A DNA stretch of 56,452 nucleotides from positions 1 to 56,452 of the forward strand of contig DATCZR010000138.1 of the NCBI GenBank assembly GCA_036525835.1. Reading direction: 5' to 3'. Shown here in pieces: positions 1 through 9,367 of this stretch; the first letter of the stretch is position 1; every line of letters starts with the position of its first letter. The DNA comes from Cyclobacteriaceae bacterium (GTDB lineage Bacteria; Bacteroidota; Bacteroidia; Cytophagales; Cyclobacteriaceae). The translations under genes were made by a program, and so were the position numbers. Under the pieces are notes generated by a model. It was not told the DNA's origin. It did no database searches and was given only the letters and a program-made list of their open reading frames with translations.

Positions 1-27
1 GCTAGGCGGGAAAATCGTGTTCTATTT

Positions 28-1053
28 TCAATAGTTATTGTAGAAATTCAACTCATCTCCCTGAATGCGCTCACTGCAATACGGAATATTTGCCATCGCA
101 GGCGCTGGAATTCCCTTGCCAAAGGTCTTACTTGATGTAAAAACCCTTGCTTCATCCCATAGATTGCACTTCAAAAAAAGATTCAATGTTTTAGCGCCTC
201 CTTCAATAATTACCGACTGAATCTTTCTGTTAAATAAATCGGTCAATAATCCTTGAATCCAGTTGTCCTGCTCTAATCGCACAAAAATCAAATTAGTCCT
301 GTCTTCATTTTTTAAAAAGTTGTAGCAAATTGTTTGTTGCGACTGATTAAAAAGATGAAGGGATCGACTCAACTGCAGTTGAGAATCAATGACAATTCTC
401 ACTGGGTTTTTACCCTTCCAATCACGAACTGAAAGTTGCGGATTATCATTTGCTGCCGTATTAAATCCTACCAATATGGCATCCTCCTCTGCTCTCCATT
501 TATGAACCAGTTGCCTGGAAAACTCGTTGCTGATCCACTTAGAATCAAAATTTTCCCTGGCAATTAAACCATTTGCTGTTTGAGCCCACTTAAGTATGAT
601 GAAAGGTCGCTTATTGCGCATGAAATTGAAAAAGCGTTTGTTCAGCTGCAACCCTGCTACTGAACATAGTCCGCCTTCTACTTCAATATTCGCATCTAGG
701 AGTTTTTGAATACCCTTCCCATTCACTAATGGATTAGGATCTTCATTGGCAATGACCACTCGCTTTACCCCACTTTTAATTAATAAGTCTGCACAGGGTG
801 GCGTTTTACCCACATGGGCACAGGGCTCCAAATTAACATAAACGGTACTTTGGTTTATTAGCGACTTATCCTCAACGTCAGTGATCGCATTTACTTCCGC
901 GTGAGCCTTTCCATATTGTTTATGCCAGCCTTCACCAATAATGATATCATCATGAACGATTACGCAACCGACTAGTGGGTTTGGACTTACATGACCCAAG
1001 CCTAATTGTCCAAGTTCCAATGCCCTTTGCATGTATTTTTCGTCAGCGGTCAT
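28..1053 (-). CDS. ribD: Bifunctional riboflavin biosynthesis deaminase/reductase
   Basis: SPNPLVG, HAE, LEPC..PPC zinc deaminase motifs and IEGG reductase motif. Start moved to ATG 1053 (MTADEKYM) because the longer ORF overlaps prmC. Confidence 0.96.
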   Translation of the reverse strand: MTADEKYMQRALELGQLGLGHVSPNPLVGCVIVHDDIIIGEGWHKQYGKAHAEVNAITDVEDKSLINQSTVYVNLEPCAHVGKTPPCADLLIKSGVKRVVIANEDPNPLVNGKGIQKLLDANIEVEGGLCSVAGLQLNKRFFNFMRNKRPFIILKWAQTANGLIARENFDSKWISNEFSRQLVHKWRAEEDAILVGFNTAANDNPQLSVRDWKGKNPVRIVIDSQLQLSRSLHLFNQSQQTICYNFLKNEDRTNLIFVRLEQDNWIQGLLTDLFNRKIQSVIIEGGAKTLNLFLKCNLWDEARVFTSSKTFGKGIPAPAMANIPYCSERIQGDELNFYNNY

Positions 1054-1089
1054 GCCATTTTTAGTATCATTGCAAAGATCAATCAAGCC

Positions 1090-1941
1090 ATGCCCAATTC
1101 CAAAGACGTTTTTAAATGGGTTGTTCAACAAATTACGATTGATGAATCGCCTGATGAGGTTGAAACCATTGCCTACCTGCTACTTGAAAATAAATTTCAG
1201 ATAACCAAATCGAATATAGTCGGCTCTCAGCCAGTGCCTAGTTTCAGTAAAGAAAAGATTCTTCCTTTCATCGAACGAATAAATCAGGAAGAACCAATTC
1301 AATATATTTTGGGCACTCAGGAATTTTACGGAAGACTATTTTTTGTTAATCCCTCTGTATTAATACCTAGACCTGAGACTGAACAACTCATTTCAGTAAC
1401 ACTGGAATGGATTAAAAATGCTAATAAACAAGATGTTAACATTCTTGACATAGGTACTGGGTCAGGCTGCATTCCTATTACTTTGCAATTGGAAAACAAA
1501 TATGTAAGGGCAACGGGAATTGATATCAGTGAATCTGCCATTACCATCGCCAAAAAGAATAATGAAAAACATCAAACAGTTATTGAATTGTCTGTCTCAG
1601 ATATATTAATAGACAATTTGCCGGAGAATACTTTCGATATTATCATTAGTAACCCTCCCTATATTACCCATCAGGAGAAAGATCGGATGAAACCAAACGT
1701 ACAGAATTACGAACCCGATACTGCGTTGTTCGTTCCCGATGATGATCCGCTTAAATTTTACAAAGCAATTCTTATCAAAAGTAAAACTGGATTGAAATCA
1801 GAAGGGATTGTGATCGTTGAAGTCAACGAAAGGTATGGCGCAGCGGTGAAGAATCTCTACAATGAATATGGATTCCAATCCATTCAAATCCATACGGATA
1901 TTAATAACAAAGACAGGGTTGTGAGCGGAACTCGCCCTTAG
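1090..1941 (+). CDS. prmC: Release factor glutamine methyltransferase
   Basis: EPIQYILG, LIPRPETE, LDIGTGSG and SNPPY motifs. Start moved to ATG 1090 (MPNSK), leaving 36 nt to the divergent ribD start. Confidence 0.95.
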   Translation: MPNSKDVFKWVVQQITIDESPDEVETIAYLLLENKFQITKSNIVGSQPVPSFSKEKILPFIERINQEEPIQYILGTQEFYGRLFFVNPSVLIPRPETEQLISVTLEWIKNANKQDVNILDIGTGSGCIPITLQLENKYVRATGIDISESAITIAKKNNEKHQTVIELSVSDILIDNLPENTFDIIISNPPYITHQEKDRMKPNVQNYEPDTALFVPDDDPLKFYKAILIKSKTGLKSEGIVIVEVNERYGAAVKNLYNEYGFQSIQIHTDINNKDRVVSGTRP

Positions 1942-1945
1942 AAAA

Positions 1946-2545
1946 TTACACTAACTCAATAATCTTACCTGTAATATTTCCTTCCACACTTTTTACATAT
2001 CCACTTACCATACGGTTCATACTTACAGGAATATGACCAGGGAAATAGGCACCCAGTGATTCTATTGAGTCCTCCACTAAACCTGGGCTGACTACATTTA
2101 ATCGTACACCTTTTTTCAATTCATTGGCGGCAGCAATTACAAAAGAGTTTAAAGCGCCATTGACAAAACTTAACCCAACACTTCCCGGTACAGGGTCGTT
2201 GTGCAATATGCCAGACGTAAGTGTAAAGGATCCATTTTCGCTGATATGATCCTTGCCCAGCATCACCAAATTGATCTGGCCCATCATTTTACTTTTAATT
2301 CCCTTGTAAAAGTCATCTTCAGTCATCTTGTCAAAAGGACCAAAATGGCCGCTGCCAGTCGCACTAACCAATGCGTCAAAATTTCCCACCTTCTTATAAA
2401 ATGATTTGATCGAATCACTCGATGTTATGTCCGCCTGAAAATCTCCACTTTTGGAGCCCACTTTAATTATGTCGTGCCGCTTGCCTAATTCTTCTGAAAT
2501 CTTACTGCCAAGAGTGCCCGATGCCCCAACGATAATTATTTTCAT
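1946..2545 (-). CDS. Short-chain dehydrogenase (about 200 aa atypical SDR)
   Basis: N-terminal VGASGTLG Rossmann motif, SKMMGQINLV, LNVVSPG. Confidence 0.85.
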   Translation of the reverse strand: MKIIIVGASGTLGSKISEELGKRHDIIKVGSKSGDFQADITSSDSIKSFYKKVGNFDALVSATGSGHFGPFDKMTEDDFYKGIKSKMMGQINLVMLGKDHISENGSFTLTSGILHNDPVPGSVGLSFVNGALNSFVIAAANELKKGVRLNVVSPGLVEDSIESLGAYFPGHIPVSMNRMVSGYVKSVEGNITGKIIELV

Positions 2546-2559
2546 AATAATCCATTAAA

Positions 2560-2595
2560 ATGAAAAGGGTAGCTATTAATAGCTACCCTTTTCAT
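2560..2595. terminator. Perfect 36-bp palindrome downstream of rocD (terminator or stabilising hairpin)
   Basis: ATGAAAAGGGTAGCTATTAATAGCTACCCTTTTCAT equals its own reverse complement and lies just after the rocD stop. Confidence 0.7.
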
Positions 2596-2607
2596 GCTAA
2601 CTATTTT

Positions 2608-3846
2608 CTATTTCGTAAAATTTGTAACCACTTTCTCAATAATATCGCAACACTCATGAATCTGTTCTTCAGTCATCACCAGTGGTGGCGCAAAGCGTAT
2701 GATATTACCGTGTGTTGGCTTAGCCAACAGTCCATTCTCTTTCAGCTGAACACAAATATTCCATGCGGTCTTGCTTTCTGGCGTGTCATTTACTACGACT
2801 GCATTCAGCAATCCTTTTCCGCGCACCAGGGTAACTAAATCGCACTTCTTAATCAACGCATTCATCCTATCCCTGAAAATCACGCCTAACTTGGCTGCAT
2901 TGTCCGCAAGCTTCTCATCCTTGGCCACTTCAAGAGCGGCCTTGCAAACCACTGCTGCCAGCGGATTACCTCCAAATGTTGATCCGTGCTGTCCGGGTTT
3001 AATTCCCAGCATAATTTCATCATTGGCAAGCACACAGGAAATAGGTAACACGCCACCAGATATTGCTTTTCCAAGAATAAGCAGATCAGCGTGTACCCCT
3101 TCGTGGTCGCTTGCCAGCATCTTTCCACTTCTGGCTATACCCGTTTGAATTTCGTCAACCATTAAAAGCACATTATTCTTCTTACATAGTTCACTAGCTT
3201 TTTTCAGGTAGCCTTCAGAAGGAACATAAATTCCAGCTTCGCCCTGGATAGGCTCTAGCAACAGCGCGCATACATTAGGATCTATCAGTTCATGCTCAAG
3301 CACTTCTGTATTATCGTACTCTACTATCTTAAATCCTGGTGTATAAGGTCCAAATCCAATTCTTGCAGCTGGGTCTGAAGAGGCAGAGATAATGGTAGTT
3401 GTTCTTCCATGAAAATTCTTTTTAGCGGTAAGTATTACCGCTTCATTGTCAGGTATGCCTTTTACATTGTAACCCCATTTTCTGGCTAATTTTATTCCCG
3501 TTTCGACTCCTTCCGCACCACTGTTCATAAACAACACTTTGTCGTATCCGAACATTTCACAGATAAACTTCTCCGCTACACCCAATTTATCGTTATAGAA
3601 AGCACGCGATACCAAAGTCAATTCTTTTGCTTGATCAATAAGTGCATTGATGATGTGCGGATGACAATGCCCCTGGTTAACGGCACTATATGCCGAAAGA
3701 AAATCATAGTATCGTTTTCCTTCTATATCCCAGAGAAAAACTCCTTCACCGCGGCTAAGGACTACGTCTATTGGATGGTAATTATGTGCTCCATACTTAT
3801 TCTCCAGAGCGATGGCTTCCTGACTTGAAGTGATTACGGTTTCCAT
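2608..3846 (-). CDS. rocD: Ornithine--oxo-acid aminotransferase
   Basis: GAHNYHP, YSAVNQGHCHP, EPIQGEAG, DEIQTG, LGKAISGG (PLP lysine), HGSTFGGNPL. Confidence 0.96.
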   Translation of the reverse strand: METVITSSQEAIALENKYGAHNYHPIDVVLSRGEGVFLWDIEGKRYYDFLSAYSAVNQGHCHPHIINALIDQAKELTLVSRAFYNDKLGVAEKFICEMFGYDKVLFMNSGAEGVETGIKLARKWGYNVKGIPDNEAVILTAKKNFHGRTTTIISASSDPAARIGFGPYTPGFKIVEYDNTEVLEHELIDPNVCALLLEPIQGEAGIYVPSEGYLKKASELCKKNNVLLMVDEIQTGIARSGKMLASDHEGVHADLLILGKAISGGVLPISCVLANDEIMLGIKPGQHGSTFGGNPLAAVVCKAALEVAKDEKLADNAAKLGVIFRDRMNALIKKCDLVTLVRGKGLLNAVVVNDTPESKTAWNICVQLKENGLLAKPTHGNIIRFAPPLVMTEEQIHECCDIIEKVVTNFTK

Positions 3847-3951
3847 TGAAATATTTTTGTTTAATGCATCTAATGAACTGACACTGATCCTCTCACCTTA
3901 AACTATATCCTTGAAGACATTAAGGCTAATTTATCGTCATTCACCTGGTTA

Positions 3952-3959
3952 CAAAGGTA
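3952..3959 (-). promoter_or_regulatory. Bacteroidota sigma70 -7 element for rocD
   Basis: TACCTTTG on the minus strand matches TAnnTTTG, about 105 nt upstream of the rocD ATG. Confidence 0.55.
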
Positions 3960-4040
3960 ACGAAAGGAATTCACATTGACCCTTGACAATTCCTTGTTAA
4001 TCCCCATGTTTTCATGAAATTGATTTTAACTTTGTAAGCG

Positions 4041-5318
4041 ATGGATTCTAGTTTCAGCAATTTGAAAATGTTATTTGATAACCTCAAGAATATGGGGTTT
4101 TGGCACCGCCTGTTTAATTGGGGTAAAATTAAAACCCTGCTGATTGATGCCAGCGCTGATCTTCAAAAGTTGACCTCCAGTATCGAGACTTTACAATCCG
4201 AAAATAACAAGTTGGAGAATGTCATATCCAGATTGTCGGAAGACAAAGCCCATTTCCAAAAGGAACTTGGAACGCTAAAAGAAAAGAATGACAACTACCT
4301 CAAGAGAGGCACTGAGCTATCCAATGAGTTGGCCGTAATGAGAGAGAAGGTAGAGATACTGAGAGACGAAAACACAAAGTTCAGGGCTGCAGAGGAACAA
4401 AGAAGACAGGATTACGAGAAGTCAATCTCCAATCTAAATAAGGTGCTGGATAGAAATACCAAGGAGAGAATGGATGAAAGGGAGCGAGTTCATCAAGCTG
4501 AGATTGAAAAATTAAGGAGACTTAAAGAAACCTGGTCCAACCACGAAACCAATGTAAAGAACAGGATCAAAGCTATATGCACCAGAAATGGCGTAGCGTA
4601 TATGGATCAAGTACCCTTTAAGGGGAAGCCCGACAATACACTCAAGATAAAAGATGAGTATATCGTATTTGACGCCAAGAGTCCATCAGGAGATGATTTA
4701 TCTAATTTTCCTAACTATATCAAAAACCAGGTTGAAGCTGCCATAAAGTATGTGAAGGAAGAAGATGTGCGAAAAGAGGTTTTTCTGGTAGTCCCGAGCA
4801 ATACACTTGACTACATTCAACAATTTGAATATAAACTTAGCGAGTATACTGTTTACATCATTTCTATTGATGCGCTTGAGCCAATCATTCTCACACTGAA
4901 AAAAATAGAAGAATACGAATTTGCAGAACAACTCAGTCCGGAAGAAAGAGAAAACATCTGTCGGGTGATTGGAAAGTTTGTTCACCTTTCAAAGAGAAGA
5001 ATTCAAATAGACGGTTTCTTCGCCAAGCAATTTTTTGAGTTGGTCTATCGAAGTGATGCCGATCTGCCCAAAGAGATACTTGAAAAGGTGTCTGAGTTTG
5101 AGCGAGCCGAAAAAATTAATCCACCTATTGAAAAACGTTCGAAGCAAATTAGCACCAAGGAACTAGAGCATGATACGGCTAGTTTAAAGAATGAAGCAAC
5201 CTTGAAGGGTATAGTGACAGAAGATGCTTTGTTATCACGAGGCCTCAATAAGCTACCCTTGTACTCTACAGAAGAACCTGGCAAAAAGCCTGAAGATCAA
5301 TCAGGCCTTTTCGATTAG
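4041..5318 (+). CDS. Coiled-coil protein with RmuC-like PD-(D/E)xK nuclease domain
   Basis: Long heptad coiled coil (about aa 35-165), then KPDNTLKIKDEYIVFDAKSP and VFLVVPSN. TAACTTTG promoter element at 4027-4034. Confidence 0.65.
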   Translation: MDSSFSNLKMLFDNLKNMGFWHRLFNWGKIKTLLIDASADLQKLTSSIETLQSENNKLENVISRLSEDKAHFQKELGTLKEKNDNYLKRGTELSNELAVMREKVEILRDENTKFRAAEEQRRQDYEKSISNLNKVLDRNTKERMDERERVHQAEIEKLRRLKETWSNHETNVKNRIKAICTRNGVAYMDQVPFKGKPDNTLKIKDEYIVFDAKSPSGDDLSNFPNYIKNQVEAAIKYVKEEDVRKEVFLVVPSNTLDYIQQFEYKLSEYTVYIISIDALEPIILTLKKIEEYEFAEQLSPEERENICRVIGKFVHLSKRRIQIDGFFAKQFFELVYRSDADLPKEILEKVSEFERAEKINPPIEKRSKQISTKELEHDTASLKNEATLKGIVTEDALLSRGLNKLPLYSTEEPGKKPEDQSGLFD

Positions 5319-5389
5319 CTATCCAAAGTATAATTTGCAGATGTCAACCTGAAAGCTGACTTGTCAGAATTAACCTTATCGCTCAACAA

Positions 5390-5764
5390 ATGAAAATTAC
5401 AGCAGAGAATAAACTGAAGAAAATTATTGTCGTAGGCGACCGCGTACTGATCAAGCCCAAGAAGCAAAACGACAAAACAGCCAGCGGGCTTTACTTGCCA
5501 CCAGGGGTTCAGGAAAAAGAAAAGATTCAAAGCGGTTATATTATCAAGGTGGGACCAGGATACCCTATCCCCTCGCCAGCAGATGAAGAGGAAATGTGGA
5601 AAGGAAAGGAGGAATTGGTGAAGTATCTACCGTTACAGGCTCAAGAGGGCGACCTGGCTATTTTTTTACAGAAAGGTGCGGTAGAGGTTATCTATGAAAG
5701 TGAAAAATACTTTATTGTTCCACAGGCTTCCATTTTAATGTTGGAAAGAGAAGAAGATTTGTAA
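5390..5764 (+). CDS. Co-chaperonin GroES family protein (no adjacent groEL)
   Basis: GDRVLIKP, TASGLYLP and KVGPG motifs of Cpn10. Confidence 0.9.
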   Translation: MKITAENKLKKIIVVGDRVLIKPKKQNDKTASGLYLPPGVQEKEKIQSGYIIKVGPGYPIPSPADEEEMWKGKEELVKYLPLQAQEGDLAIFLQKGAVEVIYESEKYFIVPQASILMLEREEDL

Positions 5765-5976
5765 TGGCCGGACTTTCTTTTGATGTTTTACGAGTGGGTA
5801 AAAGATATTGCCTGGTCAATTACGGAGATAAATATGAATTCATTATTGAATCAATCTTGGCCAATGGCGATTTTAAAGTGAAGGATCTTCACACGCTGGA
5901 GCGATATCTCCTAAAAGACATTCTCAAATTCGGAACTGGAAATGATTTTCAACTAGATGAATTGACCAAAGGCTGA
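5764..5976 (+). CDS. Small hypothetical protein
   Basis: 70 aa ORF overlapping the GroES-family stop (TAATG); fills the gap on the same strand. Confidence 0.7.
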   Translation: MAGLSFDVLRVGKRYCLVNYGDKYEFIIESILANGDFKVKDLHTLERYLLKDILKFGTGNDFQLDELTKG

Positions 5977-6039
5977 ACTGGCTGTCCGATTATCTACAAT
6001 TAAATAGGAGGTCTATTATCATTTGATTTTATTTGATTT

Positions 6040-7512
6040 ATGAAAAAAACTAATTCAACACCTTATTTAATAGTATTTGTTATTCTAGCATTGGGCTTCC
6101 ATTCCGTGGCACAAGATCTTCCATCAGATTTCCTTTCCAAGGGTTTTCACAATGAGCGCAGGCAAAAATTAAGAGAAAAATTACCAGCCAATTCTGCAGC
6201 TGTTTTCTTTGCCAATCCTGTGCGTAATCGGGCCAATGACGTAGACTTTATCTATCACCAGGATCCAAACTTTTATTATTTAACCGGATACACTGAGCCA
6301 GATGCCATTTTGTTACTCTTTAAAGAGAATCAGACTGCATCCAATGGAAAATCCTATAATGAAATCATTTTTGTTCAGCCACGAGATATGATGCAAGAAC
6401 TTTGGAATGGACGCAGGCTGGGTAGTCAGGGGGTAAAAGAAAAACTTGGGTTGGATCAAGCATTTAATAACTCCGAATTCAAAAAATACAATCTCGACTT
6501 CTCGAAATTTGATCAAATCCTGTTTTATGATTTTGCCAATGATGTCAGGGATAACCCGGCAGACTCTTCCGATTTATATAGCCTGATAGAAGAATTCAAG
6601 GCTAAGGTAAAATATCCGGCTAAAGATCAACTCACTGTGTCCCGTGAGCAAAGCAAAAACAATCTCAACATGACAGCCCTTGATGGCTACATGAAACAAC
6701 TTAGGGGCGTCAAGACTAAAGAAGAATTAGAGATGATTCGAAAGGCAGTTTTGGTTTCTTGCCAGGGACAAATTGAAGTGATGAAAGCATTGAAGCCCGG
6801 CATGTCAGAAAGAGAAATACAGGGAATCCACGAGTTTGTGTTCAAAAAATATCAAGTCGAAGATTTAGGATATCCCTCAATTGTAGGCGCCGGTCATAAT
6901 GGATGCATTCTGCACTACATCGAAAATTATAAACCCGAAGTGTCATCCAAAGAGATGATACTAATGGATTTGGGGGCAGAGTATCATGGCTATACAGCAG
7001 ACATTACTCGTACCATCCCTATCAGCGGTAAATTTTCAGTTGATCAAAAAGCCATATACGACATCGTATTAAATGCACAAGAAGCAGCAATGAAACTCGT
7101 TAAGCCTGGTGTGAGCTTTACCCAGCTCAACGAGGTGACCAAAAAGGTGGTAAATCAAGGATTAAAGGATTTAGGAATAATTCAGTCTATAGATGAAGAT
7201 CATTTATACTATCCACATGGCTGTTGTCATCATATCGGGCTGGACGTGCACGACAAGGGGCTGAGAGATGCACTTCAGGAAAACATGACGTTTACCATCG
7301 AGCCTGGTATTTATATTCCTGAAAATAGCAAGTGCGATCCGCGCTGGTGGGGAATCGCAGTGCGTATTGAAGACGATTACAGGGTAACAGCTACCGGCCA
7401 GGAACACTTGTCGAGCTACGCGCCCCGCACCACCGAAGATATCGAAACTACGATGAAACTGCCGAGTCCTCTTGATAATTTTATTCTTCCAGATCTCAAG
7501 AATAAAAAATAA
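6040..7512 (+). CDS. Exported Xaa-Pro aminopeptidase (peptidase M24B)
   Basis: Signal peptide, YHQDPNFYYLTG, DLGAEYHGYTADITRT, HHIGLDVHD, TIEPGIY, RIEDD. Confidence 0.92.
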   Translation: MKKTNSTPYLIVFVILALGFHSVAQDLPSDFLSKGFHNERRQKLREKLPANSAAVFFANPVRNRANDVDFIYHQDPNFYYLTGYTEPDAILLLFKENQTASNGKSYNEIIFVQPRDMMQELWNGRRLGSQGVKEKLGLDQAFNNSEFKKYNLDFSKFDQILFYDFANDVRDNPADSSDLYSLIEEFKAKVKYPAKDQLTVSREQSKNNLNMTALDGYMKQLRGVKTKEELEMIRKAVLVSCQGQIEVMKALKPGMSEREIQGIHEFVFKKYQVEDLGYPSIVGAGHNGCILHYIENYKPEVSSKEMILMDLGAEYHGYTADITRTIPISGKFSVDQKAIYDIVLNAQEAAMKLVKPGVSFTQLNEVTKKVVNQGLKDLGIIQSIDEDHLYYPHGCCHHIGLDVHDKGLRDALQENMTFTIEPGIYIPENSKCDPRWWGIAVRIEDDYRVTATGQEHLSSYAPRTTEDIETTMKLPSPLDNFILPDLKNKK

Positions 7513-7560
7513 GAGGGTATCATACATTGTTTATCACTGCACATTTAGCGCATCTTCAGC

Positions 7561-9294
7561 ATGATCGCCATCCGTAGAATTTATGATCACAACAATCCAG
7601 CCAATCAATATGCACTTGCTCAATGCAAGGAAATACTCGTAGCCCAATTTCCATTTCTCAATGCGGCTGAAGCTGAAGAAATATTTATTGCTGCCAAAAA
7701 TCCGCTGGCTATTAATTTCCGGTATGTAATTCTAGTAGCTGAAGCTCGCAATAAGAATGTATTGGGATTGATTATTGCCTCCTACTTTCCAAAAGCCAAT
7801 TTCTTCTACCTCGATTATATAGCAACTCATCAAAACAGAATTGGCGGGGGAATTGGTGGCGCTTTGTATGAAAGATTAAGGGAAGAAGCAGCTACTGCCA
7901 ATGCAATTGGGATATTTTTTGATTGCCTGCCAGACGATAAAGAATTCTGTGCTGATGAAAAAGAGCGGAAACAGAATATAGCCAGGCTTAGATTTTATGA
8001 ACGTTATGGTGCCAAACCCATCATGGGCACCAAGTACGAAATGCCCAGAAAAGATAAATCTGTGTTTCATTTGGTATTCGAGGCCCCTGGAGAAAAAGCC
8101 GAACTCAGGGCCGCTGACGGTAAAAAAGTAATCAAGGCCATACTTGAAAACAAATATTCATCCAAGTGCTCGCCCGAATATATTAAAGAGGTAGTTAACT
8201 CCATTAAAGGAGATACCCTCATGCTCCGTTCAACAAAATATGCAGCTAAAGAGAAATATATTGAAATAAAAAAGATAGTTCCTTCTGATAAAAAAATTGG
8301 ATTGGTTATCAACGAAGGACACATTATTCACCACATACGAGATAAGGGTTACGTGGAGTCTCCGGTCAGAATAAAATCCATTCTTAAGGAGCTTGAAAAA
8401 GTTAAGATTTTTGAAAAGGCCACGGCAAAAAATTACCCAGACAGATGGGTGACTGAGGTTCATTATCCTGAGTTTGTGGAGTTCTTGAAAAGGGTTTGCG
8501 CTTCAGCCAAAGACGACACAATCCTTTACCCCGAGATTTTTCCAAAGCGTTTTCCTAACCGAATTCCACTACGCCCGGAGCATCAGATCGGATACTATTG
8601 CATTGACAGCACTACTCCTTTGCATGCCAATGCCTATAAAGCATCTCGGGCAGCTGTTAACTGTGCGCTTACAGCTGCTGATCAGGTACTGGATGGCCGA
8701 CAGATGGCATATGCATTGGTCCGTCCACCAGGACACCACGCTGAACACAAATACTTTGGCGGATTTTGCTATCTTAACTCCAATGCAGTTGCTGCAAACT
8801 ACCTGAGTAAAAAAGGGAGAGTCGTTATTTTAGATATCGATTATCATCATGGCAACGGACAGCAAAATATCTTTTATAAGAGAGATGACGTGTATACCAT
8901 CTCTATTCACGGAGATCCGTTGTATGCCTATCCTAACTTCACCGGATTTGCTGATGAACGAGGTACTGAAAAGGGAGAAGGTTACAACTTAAACATTCCT
9001 TTAAAAAAGGGTACCGATGGAAAAAATTATCGCAAGGCGCTTAACCTGGCTATAAATGAAATTAAAGAATTCAATCCCACCTTTCTTGTCATCGCGTTGG
9101 GCCTGGACACAGCGCAGGGAGATCCTACAGGAACATGGGTATTGTCTTCGGAAGACTTTGTGGAAAATGGAAAAATGTTGGCGAAATTGAATCTGCCAAC
9201 TCTTATCGTTCAGGAGGGTGGCTATAAAACCCGAGACTTAGGTATCAATGCCCGGCACTTTTTTGAAGGCCTCTGGGAGGGATTTTACATGTAA
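7561..9294 (+). CDS. GNAT acetyltransferase fused to histone deacetylase family (acetylpolyamine amidohydrolase-like) domain
   Basis: N-terminal LDYIAT..RIGGGIGGALY and RFYERYG GNAT motifs. C-terminal RPPGHH, GGFC, DIDYHHGNG, SIH, GLD..GDP and QEGGY deacetylase motifs. Confidence 0.88.
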   Translation: MIAIRRIYDHNNPANQYALAQCKEILVAQFPFLNAAEAEEIFIAAKNPLAINFRYVILVAEARNKNVLGLIIASYFPKANFFYLDYIATHQNRIGGGIGGALYERLREEAATANAIGIFFDCLPDDKEFCADEKERKQNIARLRFYERYGAKPIMGTKYEMPRKDKSVFHLVFEAPGEKAELRAADGKKVIKAILENKYSSKCSPEYIKEVVNSIKGDTLMLRSTKYAAKEKYIEIKKIVPSDKKIGLVINEGHIIHHIRDKGYVESPVRIKSILKELEKVKIFEKATAKNYPDRWVTEVHYPEFVEFLKRVCASAKDDTILYPEIFPKRFPNRIPLRPEHQIGYYCIDSTTPLHANAYKASRAAVNCALTAADQVLDGRQMAYALVRPPGHHAEHKYFGGFCYLNSNAVAANYLSKKGRVVILDIDYHHGNGQQNIFYKRDDVYTISIHGDPLYAYPNFTGFADERGTEKGEGYNLNIPLKKGTDGKNYRKALNLAINEIKEFNPTFLVIALGLDTAQGDPTGTWVLSSEDFVENGKMLAKLNLPTLIVQEGGYKTRDLGINARHFFEGLWEGFYM

Positions 9295-9323
9295 TTATTT
9301 TAGTATTCAAGTTTTTCTGCAAC

Positions 9324-9357
9324 AAAAAGGTCGCGGCTAACTACCGCGACCATTTTT
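9324..9357. terminator. Bidirectional intrinsic terminator
   Basis: AAAAA-GGTCGCGG-loop-CCGCGACC-ATTTTT between convergent genes. Confidence 0.85.
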
Positions 9358-9367
9358 AGTAATTTTA

